A stretch of DNA of 64,000 nucleotides from assembly GCA_964016885.1 (NCBI GenBank), contig OZ024764.1, positions 26,164,001 through 26,228,000 of the forward strand. The letters run 5' to 3'. Below the pieces are notes generated by a model that had not been told where the DNA came from, made no database searches, and saw only the letters and a program-made list of their open reading frames with translations. The DNA comes from Eledone cirrhosa. Its lineage: Eukaryota. Shown in pieces: positions 13,885 through 26,232 of the stretch. Positions within the stretch are counted from its first letter, which is position 1, and every line of letters begins with the position of its first letter. Position numbers and translations under genes: made by a program.

Positions 13885-14159
13885 TTAATCCATGATACAT
13901 TTAAAAAAGATGATACTATATATAAACTGCATATATGATAAACTAAAATATTATGAAAATGAAAAAGGAGAAAATTAGCAACGGAAATATAAACCTTATA
14001 TAACGATGGAAATATATGAATGTTTATACAAAGTGATGTAATAAGTATTAATATTTGAAAATTTTAAAGACATGAATCTTAAAGTAAGCAATAGTTTATA
14101 TATAAGAATATTTATGTTTGGGCGCATGGCTTAGTGGTTAGAGCATTGGGCTTGCAATT

Positions 14160-14345
14160 TGGCGGGAGGGGAAAGTCGATTAAATCAACCGCAGTACGTT
14201 ACTGGTACTTTATTTTATCGACCCCCGTAAGGATGAAAGGCAAAGTTAACCTTGATGGGATTTGAACTAAGAACGTAAAGGGCCGTAACTCTATGCTGCA
14301 AAGCATGGTGTCCGACTGATACTGATACTGCCAATCCACTGCCCT
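14160..14345 (-). mobile_element. tRNA-derived SINE (family A)
   Basis: Reverse complement of 25897-26085 type (gttaactttgcctttcatccttacggggtcgataaaataaagtaccag core). Confidence 0.75.
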
Positions 14346-14410
14346 ATATATATATATATATGTGTATATACATAAGTTATATATAAGATATATATGTATA
14401 GAATTAGTGA

Positions 14411-14600
14411 AGGCGAGTGGTGGAGTGGTTAGTGAATTGGACCCTCAATCGTGAGGTTATGAGTTCGATTCCTGGACCGGGCGATGCGTTATGTCCTTGA
14501 GCAAGACACTTTATTTCACGTTGCTCCTTCTACCTAGTATTAGCAATTGGAAAGACCAATGGGATCATTGCTTCCTCGGTCCGATTTGACGAAAGTCAAA
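14411..14600 (+). mobile_element. tRNA-derived SINE (family B)
   Basis: tggtggagtggttag...gagttcgattcc...tccttgagcaagacactttatttcacgttgctcc; similar to 10364-10570. Confidence 0.75.
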
Positions 14601-14732
14601 TGTATAGAATGTATAGAATAGAATAGAACATAAAAACTATGATAGTTCTGGTCATGATGATGATGATGATTATGGTAACAGATGATGAGATTATGACAAT
14701 GATGATGATGGTTATAATAGTAAAAAGCTCAC

Positions 14733-14798
14733 CTTTTTCAACATCTGTATAGAGCACGGTGCACCTCCATCAGCGTTTTTGATTTCCTCAAGGATTTT
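14733..14798 (-). CDS. NF1: Neurofibromin exon (9th in window), 66 nt, KILEEIKNADGGAPCSIQMLKK
   Basis: aacag|AAA and AAG|gtgag; phase 0/0 joins the neighbouring exons in frame; resembles the invertebrate NF1 KVLEEIVNADSGAPCS motif (recalled); too short for the ORF track. Confidence 0.88.
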
Positions 14799-14944
14799 CT
14801 GTTATAATAAAAAAAAATAATAATAATAATAATTGTTTCTACTTTTGGCACTAGGCCAGCAATTACCCAGAGGTATTACAGGTACTTTATTTCATATTAT
14901 AATAATAATAATGGTAATAAAAAATAATAATAATAATGGTTTCT

Positions 14945-15105
14945 TATATAGGCACAAGGCCAGCAATTCTGGGGTGGGGGGAAAGTCGATTTAAATCGGC
15001 CCCCAGTGCGTGACTGGTACTTTATTTTATCGACCCTGTAAGGATGAAAGGCAAAGTTAACCTTTTGAACTCAGACCATAAAGGGTCGTAACTCTTTGCT
15101 GCAAA
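14945..15105 (-). mobile_element. SINE family A body whose head is expanded into the 45-bp array
   Basis: ctggtactttattttatcgaccctgtaaggatgaaaggcaaagttaacc leads directly into the array. Confidence 0.78.
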
Positions 15106-18100
15106 GCATGGCGTCCGGCCCTCTACCGATACTGCCAATCCACCACCCTACCATGGCGTCCGACCCTCTACCAATACTACCAATCCACCACCCTACCATG
15201 GCGTCCGACCCTCTACCGATACTGCCAATCCACCACCCTACCAATACTGCCAATCCACCACCCTACCATGGTGTCCGGCCCTCTACCAATCCACCACCCT
15301 ACCATGGCGTCCGACCCTCTACCGATACTGCCAATCCACCACCCTACCATGGCGTCCGACCCTCTACCGATACTACCAATCCACCACCCTACCATGGCGT
15401 CCGACCCTCTACCAATACTACCAATCCACCACCCTAACATGGCGTCCGACCCTCTACCGATACTGCCAATCCACCACCCTAACATGGCGTCCGACCCTCT
15501 ACCAATACTGCCAATCCACCACCCTACCATGGCGTCCGGCCCTCTACCGACTCTGCCAATCCACCACCCTAACATGGCGTCCGACCCTCTACCAATACTG
15601 CCAATCCACCACCCTACCATGGCGTCCGACCCTCTACCGATACTGCCAATCCACCACCCTAACATGGCGTCCGACCCTCTACCAATACTGCCAATCCACC
15701 ACCCTACCATGGCGTCCGACCCTCTACCGATACTGCCAATCCACCACCCTAACATGGCGTCCGACCCTCTACCAATACTGCCAATCCACCACCCTACCAT
15801 GGCGTCCGACCCTCTACCGATACTGCCAATCCACCACCCTAACATGGCGTCCGACCCTCTACCAATACTGCCAATCCACCGCCCTACCATGGCGTCCGAC
15901 CCTCTACCGATACTGCCAATCCACCACCCTACCATGGCGTCCGGCCCTCTACCGACTCTGCCAATCCACCACCCTAACATGGCGTCCGACCCTCTACCAA
16001 TACTGCCAATCCACCACCCTACCATGGCGTCCGACCCTCTACCGATACTGCCAATCCACCACCCTACCATGGCGTCCGACCCTCTACCGATACTGCCAAT
16101 CCACCACCCTACCATGGCGTCCGACCCTCTACCAATACTACCAATCCACCGCCCTACCATGGCGTCCGACCCTCTACCGATACTGCCAATCCACCACCCT
16201 ACCATGGCGTCCGACCCTCTACCAATACTACCAATCCACCGCCCTACCATGGCGTCCGACCCTCTACCGATACTGCCAATCCACCACCCTACCATGGCGT
16301 CCGACCCTCTACCGATACTGCCAATCCACCACCCTACCATGGCGTCCGACCCTCTACCGATACTGCCAATCCACCACCCTACCATGGCGTCCGACCCTCT
16401 ACCAATACTGCCAATCCACCACCCTACCATGGCGTCCGACCTTCTACCGATACTGCCAATCCACCACCCTACCATGGCGTCCGACCCTCTACCGATACTG
16501 CCAATCCACCACCCTACCATGGCGTCCGACCCTCTACCAATACTGCCAATCCACCACCCTACCATGGCGTCCGACCTTCTACCGATACTGCCAATCTACC
16601 ACCCTACCATGGCGTCCGACCCTCTACCAATACTACCAATCCACCACCCTACCATGGTGTCCGGCCCTCTACCAATACTACCAATCCACCGCCCTACCAT
16701 GGCGTCCGACCCTCTACCAATACTGCCAATCCACCACCCTACCATGGCGTCCGACCTTCTACCGATACTGCCAATCTACCACCCTACCATGGCGTCCGAC
16801 CCTCTACCAATACTACCAATCCACCACCCTACCATGGTGTCCGGCCCTCTACCAATACTACCAATCCACCGCCCTACCATGGCGTCCGACCCTCTACCAA
16901 TACTGCCAATCCACCACCCTACCATGGCGTCCGACCTTCTACCGATACTGCCAATCTACCACCCTACCATGGCGTCCGACCCTCTACCAATACTACCAAT
17001 CCACCACCCTACCATGGCGTCCGACCCTCTACCGATACTACCAATCCACCACCCTACCATGGCGTCCGACCCTCTACCGATACTGCCAATCCACCACCCT
17101 ACCATGGCGTCCGACCCTCTACCAATACTACCAATCCACCGCCCTACCATGGTGTCCGACCCTCTACCGATACTGCCAATCCACCGCCCTACCATGGTGT
17201 CCGACCCTCTACCGATACTGCCAATCCACCGCCCTACCATGGCGTCCGACCCTCTACCGATACTGCCAATCCACCGCCCTACCATGGCGTCCGACCCTCT
17301 ACCGATACTGCCAATCCACCGCCCTACCATGGCGTCCGACCCTCTACCAATACTGCCAATCCACCACCCTACCATGGCGTCCGACCTTCTACCGATACTG
17401 CCAATCTACCACCCTACCATGGCGTCCGACCCTCTACCAATACTACCAATCCACCACCCTACCATGGTGTCCGGCCCTCTACCAATACTACCAATCCACC
17501 ACCCTACCATGGCGTCCGACCCTCTACCGATACTACCAATCCACCACCCTACCATGGCGTCCGACCCTCTACCGATACTGCCAATCCACCACCCTACCAT
17601 GGCGTCCGACCCTCTACCAATACTACCAATCCACCGCCCTACCATGGTGTCCGACCCTCTACCGATACTGCCAATCCACCGCCCTACCATGGCGTCCGAC
17701 CCTCTACCGATACTGCCAATCCACCACCCTACCATGGCGTCCGACCCTCTACCAATCCACCACTCTACCATGGCGTCCGACCCTCTACCGATACTACCAA
17801 TCCACCACCCTACCATGGCGTCCGACCCTCTACCGATACTGCCAATCCACCACCCTACCATGGCGTCCGACCCTCTACCCATACTACCAATCCACCGCCC
17901 TACCATGGTGTCCGACCCTCTACCAATACTGCCAATCCACCACCCTACCATGGCGTCCGACCCTCTACCGATACTGCCAATCCACCACCCTACCATGGCG
18001 TCCGACCCTCTACCGACTCTGCCAATCCACCACCCTACCAATACTGTCAATCCACCACCCTACCATGGCGTCCGACCCTCTACCGATACTGCCAATCCAC

Positions 18101-18455
18101 CACCCTACCATGGCGTCCGACCCTCTACCGATACTACCAATCCACCACTCTACCATGGCGTCCGACCCTCTACCAATACTACCAATCCACCACCCTACCA
18201 TGGCGTCCGACCCTCTACCGATACTACCAATCCACCACCCTACCATGGCGTCCGGCCCTCTACCGATACTGCCAATCCACCACCCTACCATGGCGTCTGA
18301 CCCTCTACCGATACTGCCAATCCACCACCCTACCATGGCGTCCGACCCTCTACCAATACTACCAATCCACCACCCTACCATGGCGTCCGACCCTCTACCG
18401 ATACTACCAATCCACCACCCTACCATGGCGTCCGACCCTCTACCGATACTGCCAA
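15106..18455 (-). repeat. 45-bp minisatellite (~74 copies) made of the SINE family A 5' head
   Basis: Minus-strand unit tagggtggtggattggcagtatcggtagagggtcggacgccatgg matches SINE heads at 25898-25944 and 51585-51615. Confidence 0.93.
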
Positions 18456-18608
18456 ATGGTTTCTTTATTGGTCACAAGGGCTAACATGAAGAAAAACATT
18501 AGAGACGGCACAGGACGATACAAAGTGGCTTTTGGCCGTGTATAAAGGGGGAACCTTCTGAGGGTCACTCATGGCAAAGGCTGTAATAATGGTTTTCTGA
18601 TTTAGACT

Positions 18609-21600
18609 GGGTGAGACAGTAGGGGTTAAGTCTAAGGAGTATATTTACTGGATAAAGTCAGGTGAGAGACTGAGGGGTTATTTGGAGGGTGAGACAGTAG
18701 GGGTTAAGTCTAAGGAGTATATTTACTGAATGAAGTCGGGTGAGAAACTGAGGGGTTATTTGGAGGGTGAGACAGTAGGGGTTAAGTCTAAGGAGTATAT
18801 TTACTGAATGAAGTCGGGTGAGAAACTGAGGGGTTATTTGGAGGGTGAGACAGTAGGGGTTAAGTCTAAGGAGTATATTTACTGGATAAAGTCGGGTGAG
18901 AGACTGAGGGGTTATTTGGAGGGTGAGACAGTAGAGGTTAAGTCTAAGGAGTATATTTACTGGATAAAGTCGGGTGAGAGACTGAGGGGTTATTTGGAGG
19001 GTGAGACAGTAGGGGTTAAGTCTAAGGAGTATATTTACTGGATAAAGTCAGGTGAGAGACTGAGGGGTTATTTGGAGGGTGAGACAGTAGGGGTTAAGTC
19101 TAAGGAGTATATTTACTGGACAAAGTCAGGTGAGAGACTGAGGGGTTATTTGGAGGGTGAGACAGTAGGGGTTAAATCTAAGGAGTATATTTACTGGATA
19201 AAGTCAGGTGAGAGACTGAGGGGTTATTTGGAGGGTGAGACAGTAGGGGTTAAGTCTAAGGAGTATATTTACTGGATAAAGTCAGGTGAGACAGTAGGGG
19301 TTATTTGGAGGGTGAGACAGTAGGGGTTAAGTCTAAGGAGTATATTTACTGGATAAAGTCAGGTGAGACAGTAGGGGTTATTTGGAGGGTGAGACAGTAG
19401 GGGTTAAGTCTAAGGAGTATATTTACTGAATGAAGTCGGGTGAGAAACTGAGGGATTATTTGGAGGGTGAGACAGTAGGGGTTAAGTCTAAGGAGTATAT
19501 TTACTGAATGAAGTCGGGTGAGAAACTGAGGGGTTATTTGGAGGGTGAGACAGTAGGGGTTAAGTCTAAGGAGTATATTTACTGAATGAAGTCGGGTGAG
19601 AAACTGAGGGGTTATTTGGAGGGTGAGACAGTAGGGGTTAAGTCTAAGGAGTATATTTACTGAATGAAGTCGGGTGAGAAACTGAGGGGTTATTTGGAGG
19701 GTGAGACAGTAGGGGTTAAGTCTAAGGAGTATATTTACTGAATGAAGTCGGGTGAGAAACTGAGGGGTTATTTGGAGGGTGAGACAGTAGGGGTTAAGTC
19801 TAAGGAGTATATTTACTGGATAAAGTCGGGTGAGAGACTGAGGGGTTATTTGGAGGGTGAGACAGTAGGGGTTAAGTCTAAGGAGTATATTTACTGGATA
19901 AAGTCAGGTGAGAGACTGAGGGGTTATTTGGAGTGTGAGACAGTAGGGGGTTAAGTCTAAGGAGTATATTTACTGGATAAAGTCAGGTGAGAGACTGAGG
20001 GGTTATTTGGAGGGTGAGACAGTAGGGGTTAAGTCTAAGGAGTATATTTACTGGATAAAGTCAGGTGAGAGACTGAGGGGTTATTTGGAGGGTGAGACAG
20101 TAGGGGTTAAATCTAAGGAGTATATTTACTGGATAAAGTCGGGTGAGAGACTGAGGGGTTATTTGGAGGGTGAGACAGTAGGGGTTAAGTCTAAGGAGTA
20201 TATTTACTGGATAAAGTCGGGTGAGAGACTGAGGGGTTATTTGGAGGGTGAGACAGTAGGGGTTAAGTCTAAGGAGTATATTTACTGGATAAAGTCAGGT
20301 GAGAGACTGAGGGGTTATTTGGAGGGTGAGACAGTAGGGGTTAAGTCTAAGGAGTATATTTACTGGATAAAGTCAGGTGAGAGACTGAGGGGTTATTTGG
20401 AGGGTGAGACAGTAGGGGTTAAATCTAAGGAGTATATTTACTGGATAAAGTCGGGTGAGAGACTGAGGGGTTATTTGGAGGGTGAGACAGTAGGGGTTAA
20501 GTCTAAGGAGTATATTTACTGGATAAAGTCGGGTGAGAGACTGAGGGGTTATTTGGAGGGTGAGACAGTAGGGGTTAAGTCTAAGGAGTATATTTACTGG
20601 ATAAAGTCAGGTGAGAGACTGAGGGGTTATTTGGAGGGTGAGACAGGGGTTAAGTCTAAGGAGTATATTTACTGGATAAAGTCAGGTGAGAGACTGAGGG
20701 GTTATTTGGAGTGTGAGACAGTAGGGGTTAAGTCTAAGGAGTATATTTACTGGATAAAGTCAGGTGAGAGACTGAGGGGTTATTTGGAGGGTGAGACAGT
20801 AGGGGTTAAATCTAAGGAGTATATTTACTGGATAAAGTTGGGTGAGAGACTGAGGGGTTATTTGGAGGGTGAGACAGTAGGGGTTAAGTCTAAGGAGTAT
20901 ATTTACTGGATAAAGTCAGGTGAGAGACTGAGGGGTTATTTGGAGGGTGAGACAGTAGGGGTTAAGTCTAAGGAGTATATTTACTGGATAAAGTCAGGTG
21001 AGAGACTGAGGGGTTATTTGGAGGGTGAGACAGTAGGGGTTAAGTCTAAGGAGTATATTTACTGGATAAAGTCAGGTGAGAGACTGAGGGGTTATTTGGA
21101 GGGTGAGACAGTAGGGGTTAAGTCTAAGGAGTATATTTACTGGATAAAGTCAGGTGAGAGACTGAGGGGTTATTTGGAGTGTGAGACAGTAGGGGTTAAG
21201 TCTAAGGAGTATATTTACTGGATAAAGTCAGGTGAGAGACTGAGGGGTTATTTGGAGGGTGAGACAGTAGGGGTTAAATCTAAGGAGTATATTTACTGGA
21301 TAAAGTTGGGTGAGAGACTGAGGGGTTATTTGGAGGGTGAGACAGTAGGGGTTAAGTCTAAGGAGTATATTTACTGGATAAAGTCAGGTGAGACAGTAGG
21401 GGTTATTTGGAGGGTGAGACAGTAGGGGTTAAGTCTAAGGAGTATATTTACTGGATAAAGTCAGGTGAGACAGTAGGGGTTATTTGGAGGGTGAGACAGT
21501 AGGGGTTAAGTCTAATGAGTATATTTACTGGATAAAGTTGGGTGAGAGACTGAGGGGTTATTTGGAGGGTGAGACAGTAGGGGTTAAGTCTAAGGAGTAT

Positions 21601-24600
21601 ATTTACTGGATAAAGTCAGGTGAGACAGTAGGGGTTATTTGGAGGGTGAGACAGTAGGGGTTAAGTCTAATGAGTATATTTACTGGATAAAGTCAGGTGA
21701 GAGACTGAGGGGTTATTTGGAGGGTGAGACAGTAGGGGATAAGTCTAAGGAGTATATTTACTGGATAAAGTTGGGTGAGAGACTGAGGGGTTATTTGGAG
21801 GGTGAGACAGTAGGGGTTAAGTCTAAGGAGTATATTTACTGGACAAAGTCAGGTGAGAGACTGAGGGGTTATGTGGAGGGTGAGACAGTAGGGATTAAAT
21901 CTAAGGAGTATATTTACTGAATGAAGTCGGGTGAGAAACTGAGGGGTTATTTGGAGGGTGAGACAGTAGGGGTTAAGTCTAAGGAGTATATTTACTGAAT
22001 GAAGTCGGGTGAGAAACTGAGGGGTTATTTGGAGGGTGAGACAGTAGGGGTTAAGTCTAAGGAGTATATTTACTGAATGAAGTCGGGTGAGAAACTGAGG
22101 GGTTATTTGGAGGGTGAGACAGTAGGGGTTAAGTCTAAGGAGTATATTTACTGGATAAAGTCGGGTGAGAGACTGAGGGGTTATTTGGAGGGTGAGACAG
22201 TAGGGGTTAAGTCTAAGGAGTATATTTACTGGATAAAGTCAGGTGAGAGACTGAGGGGTTATTTGGAGTGTGAGACAGTAGGGGGTTAAGTCTAAGGAGT
22301 ATATTTACTGGATAAAGTCAGGTGAGAGACTGAGGGGTTATTTGGAGGGTGAGACAGTAGGGGTTAAGTCTAAGGAGTATATTTACTGGATAAAGTCAGG
22401 TGAGAGACTGAGGGGTTATTTGGAGGGTGAGACAGTAGGGGTTAAATCTAAGGAGTATATTTACTGGATAAAGTCGGGTGAGAGACTGAGGGGTTATTTG
22501 GAGGGTGAGACAGTAGGGGTTAAGTCTAAGGAGTATATTTACTGGATAAAGTCGGGTGAGAGACTGAGGGGTTATTTGGAGGGTGAGACAGTAGGGGTTA
22601 AGTCTAAGGAGTATATTTACTGGATAAAGTCAGGTGAGAGACTGAGGGGTTATTTGGAGGGTGAGACAGTAGGGGTTAAGTCTAAGGAGTATATTTACTG
22701 GATAAAGTCAGGTGAGAGACTGAGGGGTTATTTGGAGGGTGAGACAGTAGGGGTTAAATCTAAGGAGTATATTTACTGGATAAAGTCGGGTGAGAGACTG
22801 AGGGGTTATTTGGAGGGTGAGACAGTAGGGGTTAAGTCTAAGGAGTATATTTACTGGATAAAGTCGGGTGAGAGACTGAGGGGTTATTTGGAGGGTGAGA
22901 CAGTAGGGGTTAAGTCTAAGGAGTATATTTACTGGATAAAGTCAGGTGAGAGACTGAGGGGTTATTTGGAGGGTGAGACAGGGGTTAAGTCTAAGGAGTA
23001 TATTTACTGGATAAAGTCAGGTGAGAGACTGAGGGGTTATTTGGAGTGTGAGACAGTAGGGGTTAAGTCTAAGGAGTATATTTACTGGATAAAGTCAGGT
23101 GAGAGACTGAGGGGTTATTTGGAGGGTGAGACAGTAGGGGTTAAATCTAAGGAGTATATTTACTGGATAAAGTTGGGTGAGAGACTGAGGGGTTATTTGG
23201 AGGGTGAGACAGTAGGGGTTAAGTCTAAGGAGTATATTTACTGGATAAAGTCAGGTGAGAGACTGAGGGGTTATTTGGAGGGTGAGACAGTAGGGGTTAA
23301 GTCTAAGGAGTATATTTACTGGATAAAGTCAGGTGAGAGACTGAGGGGTTATTTGGAGGGTGAGACAGTAGGGGTTAAGTCTAAGGAGTATATTTACTGG
23401 ATAAAGTCAGGTGAGAGACTGAGGGGTTATTTGGAGGGTGAGACAGTAGGGGTTAAGTCTAAGGAGTATATTTACTGGATAAAGTCAGGTGAGAGACTGA
23501 GGGGTTATTTGGAGTGTGAGACAGTAGGGGTTAAGTCTAAGGAGTATATTTACTGGATAAAGTCAGGTGAGAGACTGAGGGGTTATTTGGAGGGTGAGAC
23601 AGTAGGGGTTAAATCTAAGGAGTATATTTACTGGATAAAGTTGGGTGAGAGACTGAGGGGTTATTTGGAGGGTGAGACAGTAGGGGTTAAGTCTAAGGAG
23701 TATATTTACTGGATAAAGTCAGGTGAGACAGTAGGGGTTATTTGGAGGGTGAGACAGTAGGGGTTAAGTCTAAGGAGTATATTTACTGGATAAAGTCAGG
23801 TGAGACAGTAGGGGTTATTTGGAGGGTGAGACAGTAGGGGTTAAGTCTAATGAGTATATTTACTGGATAAAGTTGGGTGAGAGACTGAGGGGTTATTTGG
23901 AGGGTGAGACAGTAGGGGTTAAGTCTAAGGAGTATATTTACTGGATAAAGTCAGGTGAGACAGTAGGGGTTATTTGGAGGGTGAGACAGTAGGGGTTAAG
24001 TCTAATGAGTATATTTACTGGATAAAGTCAGGTGAGAGACTGAGGGGTTATTTGGAGGGTGAGACAGTAGGGGATAAGTCTAAGGAGTATATTTACTGGA
24101 TAAAGTTGGGTGAGAGACTGAGGGGTTATTTGGAGGGTGAGACAGTAGGGGTTAAGTCTAAGGAGTATATTTACTGGACAAAGTCAGGTGAGAGACTGAG
24201 GGGTTATGTGGAGGGTGAGACAGTAGGGATTAAATCTAAGGAGTATATTTACTGGATAAAGTCAGGTGAGAGACTGAGGGGTTATTTGGAGGGTGAGACA
24301 GTAGGGGTTAAATCTAAGGAGTATATTTACTGGACAAAGTCAGGTGAAAGACTGAGGAGTTATTTGGAGGGTGAGACAGTAGGGGTTAAGTCTAAGGAGT
24401 ATATTTACTGGATAAAGTCAGGTGAGAGACTGAGGGGTTATTTGGAGGGTGAGACAGTAGGGGTTAAGTCTAAGGAGTATATTTACTGGATAAAGTCAGG
24501 TGAGAGACTGAGGGGTTATTTGGAGGGTGAGACAGTAGGGGTTAAATCTAAGGAGTATATTTACTGGATAAAGTCAGGTGAGAGACTGAGGGGTTATTTG

Positions 24601-25040
24601 GAGGGTGAGACAGTAGGGGTTAAGTCTAAGGAGTATATTTACTGGATAAAGTCAGGTGAGAGACTGAGGGGTTATTTGGAGGGTGAGACAGTAGGGGTTA
24701 AGTCTAAGGAGTATATTTACTGGACAAAGTCAGGTGAGAGACTGAGGGGTTATGTCTAAGGAGTATATTTACTGGACAAAGTCAGGTGAGAGACTGAGGG
24801 GTTATTTGGAGGGTGAGACAGTAGGGGTTAAGTCTAAGGAGTATATTTACTGGATAAAGTCAGGTGAGAGACTGAGGGATTATTTGGAGGGTGAGACAGT
24901 AGGGGTTAAGTCTAAGGAGTATATTTACTGGATAAAGTCAGGTGAGAGACTGAGGGATTATTTGGAGGGTGAGACAGTAGGGGTTAAGTCTAAGGAGTAT
25001 ATTTACTGGATAAAGTCAGGTGATAGACTGAGGGGTTATG
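18609..25040 (+). repeat. 78-bp minisatellite array 1 (~82 copies)
   Basis: Unit gagggtgagacagtaggggttaagtctaaggagtatatttactggataaagtcaggtgagagactgaggggttatttg. Confidence 0.96.
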
Positions 25041-25077
25041 TGGGTGGTGGAACAATATGTCTAAGAATTCTACTCAC

Positions 25078-25181
25078 TGGACAAAGTACCAACAGCATCA
25101 TTTGTAGTGGCCAGACTGTGGCTTTTTTCTTGGAGTTCTCTGTAAAGCTGTTGAACAGCTCAAACATTTTATCACAGTAGT
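25078..25181 (-). CDS. NF1: Neurofibromin exon (8th in window), 104 nt, (D)[34 protein letters not shown]
   Basis: tttacag|AC and CCA|gtgagt; resembles human ECAEKLFDLVDGFAESTKRKAAVWPLQIILLILCP (recalled); phase 1/0. Confidence 0.95.
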
Positions 25182-25280
25182 CTGTAAAGATGGACAACAG
25201 GGGAAAAAAAAGAAAATTTGATATTATTAAGAGTGGCGACTATAATTTAATTATTGCACACACGCATATATATGTATGTA

Positions 25281-25351
<71 letters not shown>

Positions 25352-25384
25352 ATGTATATATATATATATATATATATACATATG

Positions 25385-25427
<43 letters not shown>

Positions 25428-25454
25428 ATACATACATACATATGTGTGTGTATA

Positions 25455-25855
25455 TAAAAGCTGACCTTTGACACTTGAACCTCTCTAAGAAAATGAAACA
25501 GGATCAAGATCTTTGGCGCTATGCAGTAATACAGAAATCCTACCTTTCCCTTGCACACAGACTTAAATTTACATTCAGTAGGGACCTCTTGATCCAATAT
25601 ACACCCTACACTCCCTCCCACCTCCGCCCACACTGTAGAGAAGTGGTGGAGGGGATATGTCAGAAAGCTCCCAGTCCACACTGTAAATGTGGTTGGTGTT
25701 AAGAAGGGCATCCAGCCGTAGAAAACCTGTCAGATAGTCCCATACGAGTGAGACACGGTCACCCGACCAATCTGGCCTCAAGTGGTACAACTCCCGTCTA
25801 ACCCATGCTAGCGTGTAAGAGAGACGTTAAAAGAGATGACGATGATGATGATATA
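25455..25855 (+). mobile_element. Degenerate RTE LINE 3' fragment with (GAT)n tail
   Basis: ataaaagctgacctt...gatctttggcgctatgcagtaatacag...cccgtctaacccatgctagc...gatgatgatg parallels 54380-54790. Confidence 0.75.
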
Positions 25856-25896
25856 TATATCATCATCATCATCATTTAACGTTATTATTATTATAA

Positions 25897-26085
25897 GAGG
25901 GCGGTGGATTGGCGGCAGTATCGGTAGAGGATCGGACGCCATGCTTTCCAGCATAGTTACGTCCCTTTACGATCTGAGTTGAAATCCCGCCGAGGTTGAC
26001 TTTGCCTTTCATCCTTACGGGGTCGATAAAATAAAGTACCAGTAATGCACTGGGTAATTGCTGGCCTTGTGCCAACAGTAGAAAC
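25897..26085 (+). mobile_element. tRNA-derived SINE (family A), near-complete copy
   Basis: ggcggtggattggcggcagtatcggtag head, gagttgaaatcc B-box-like, core and tail to gtagaaacaattattatt. Confidence 0.8.
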
Positions 26086-26232
26086 AATTATTATTATTAT
26101 AATGATGGCGCTGAGGACAACAATGATATTTAGAAATATGAAATTCAAATACATATTTGTATACAGCTATGTTCGAAGCTAAATTATAATTCTGATCTAC
26201 TATAAGTTGAGCCAACTTATACAGCTTCATAT

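Noticed and set aside
15268-18300. 1010-aa ORF (MASDPLPILPIHHPT)n
   Set aside because: The 45-bp unit is a multiple of 3 and derives from a SINE head; it is intronic and antisense to NF1.
20007-24759. 472-aa repeat ORFs (EGETVGVKSKEYIYWIKSGERLRGYL)n
   Set aside because: These come from the 78-bp satellite, with frequent frameshifts and stops between units.
18609-25040. Telomere-like or G-quadruplex interpretation of taggggtt motifs
   Set aside because: There is no TTAGGG tandem run, and the G-tracts are widely spaced; there is no specific support beyond the G-rich strand bias.
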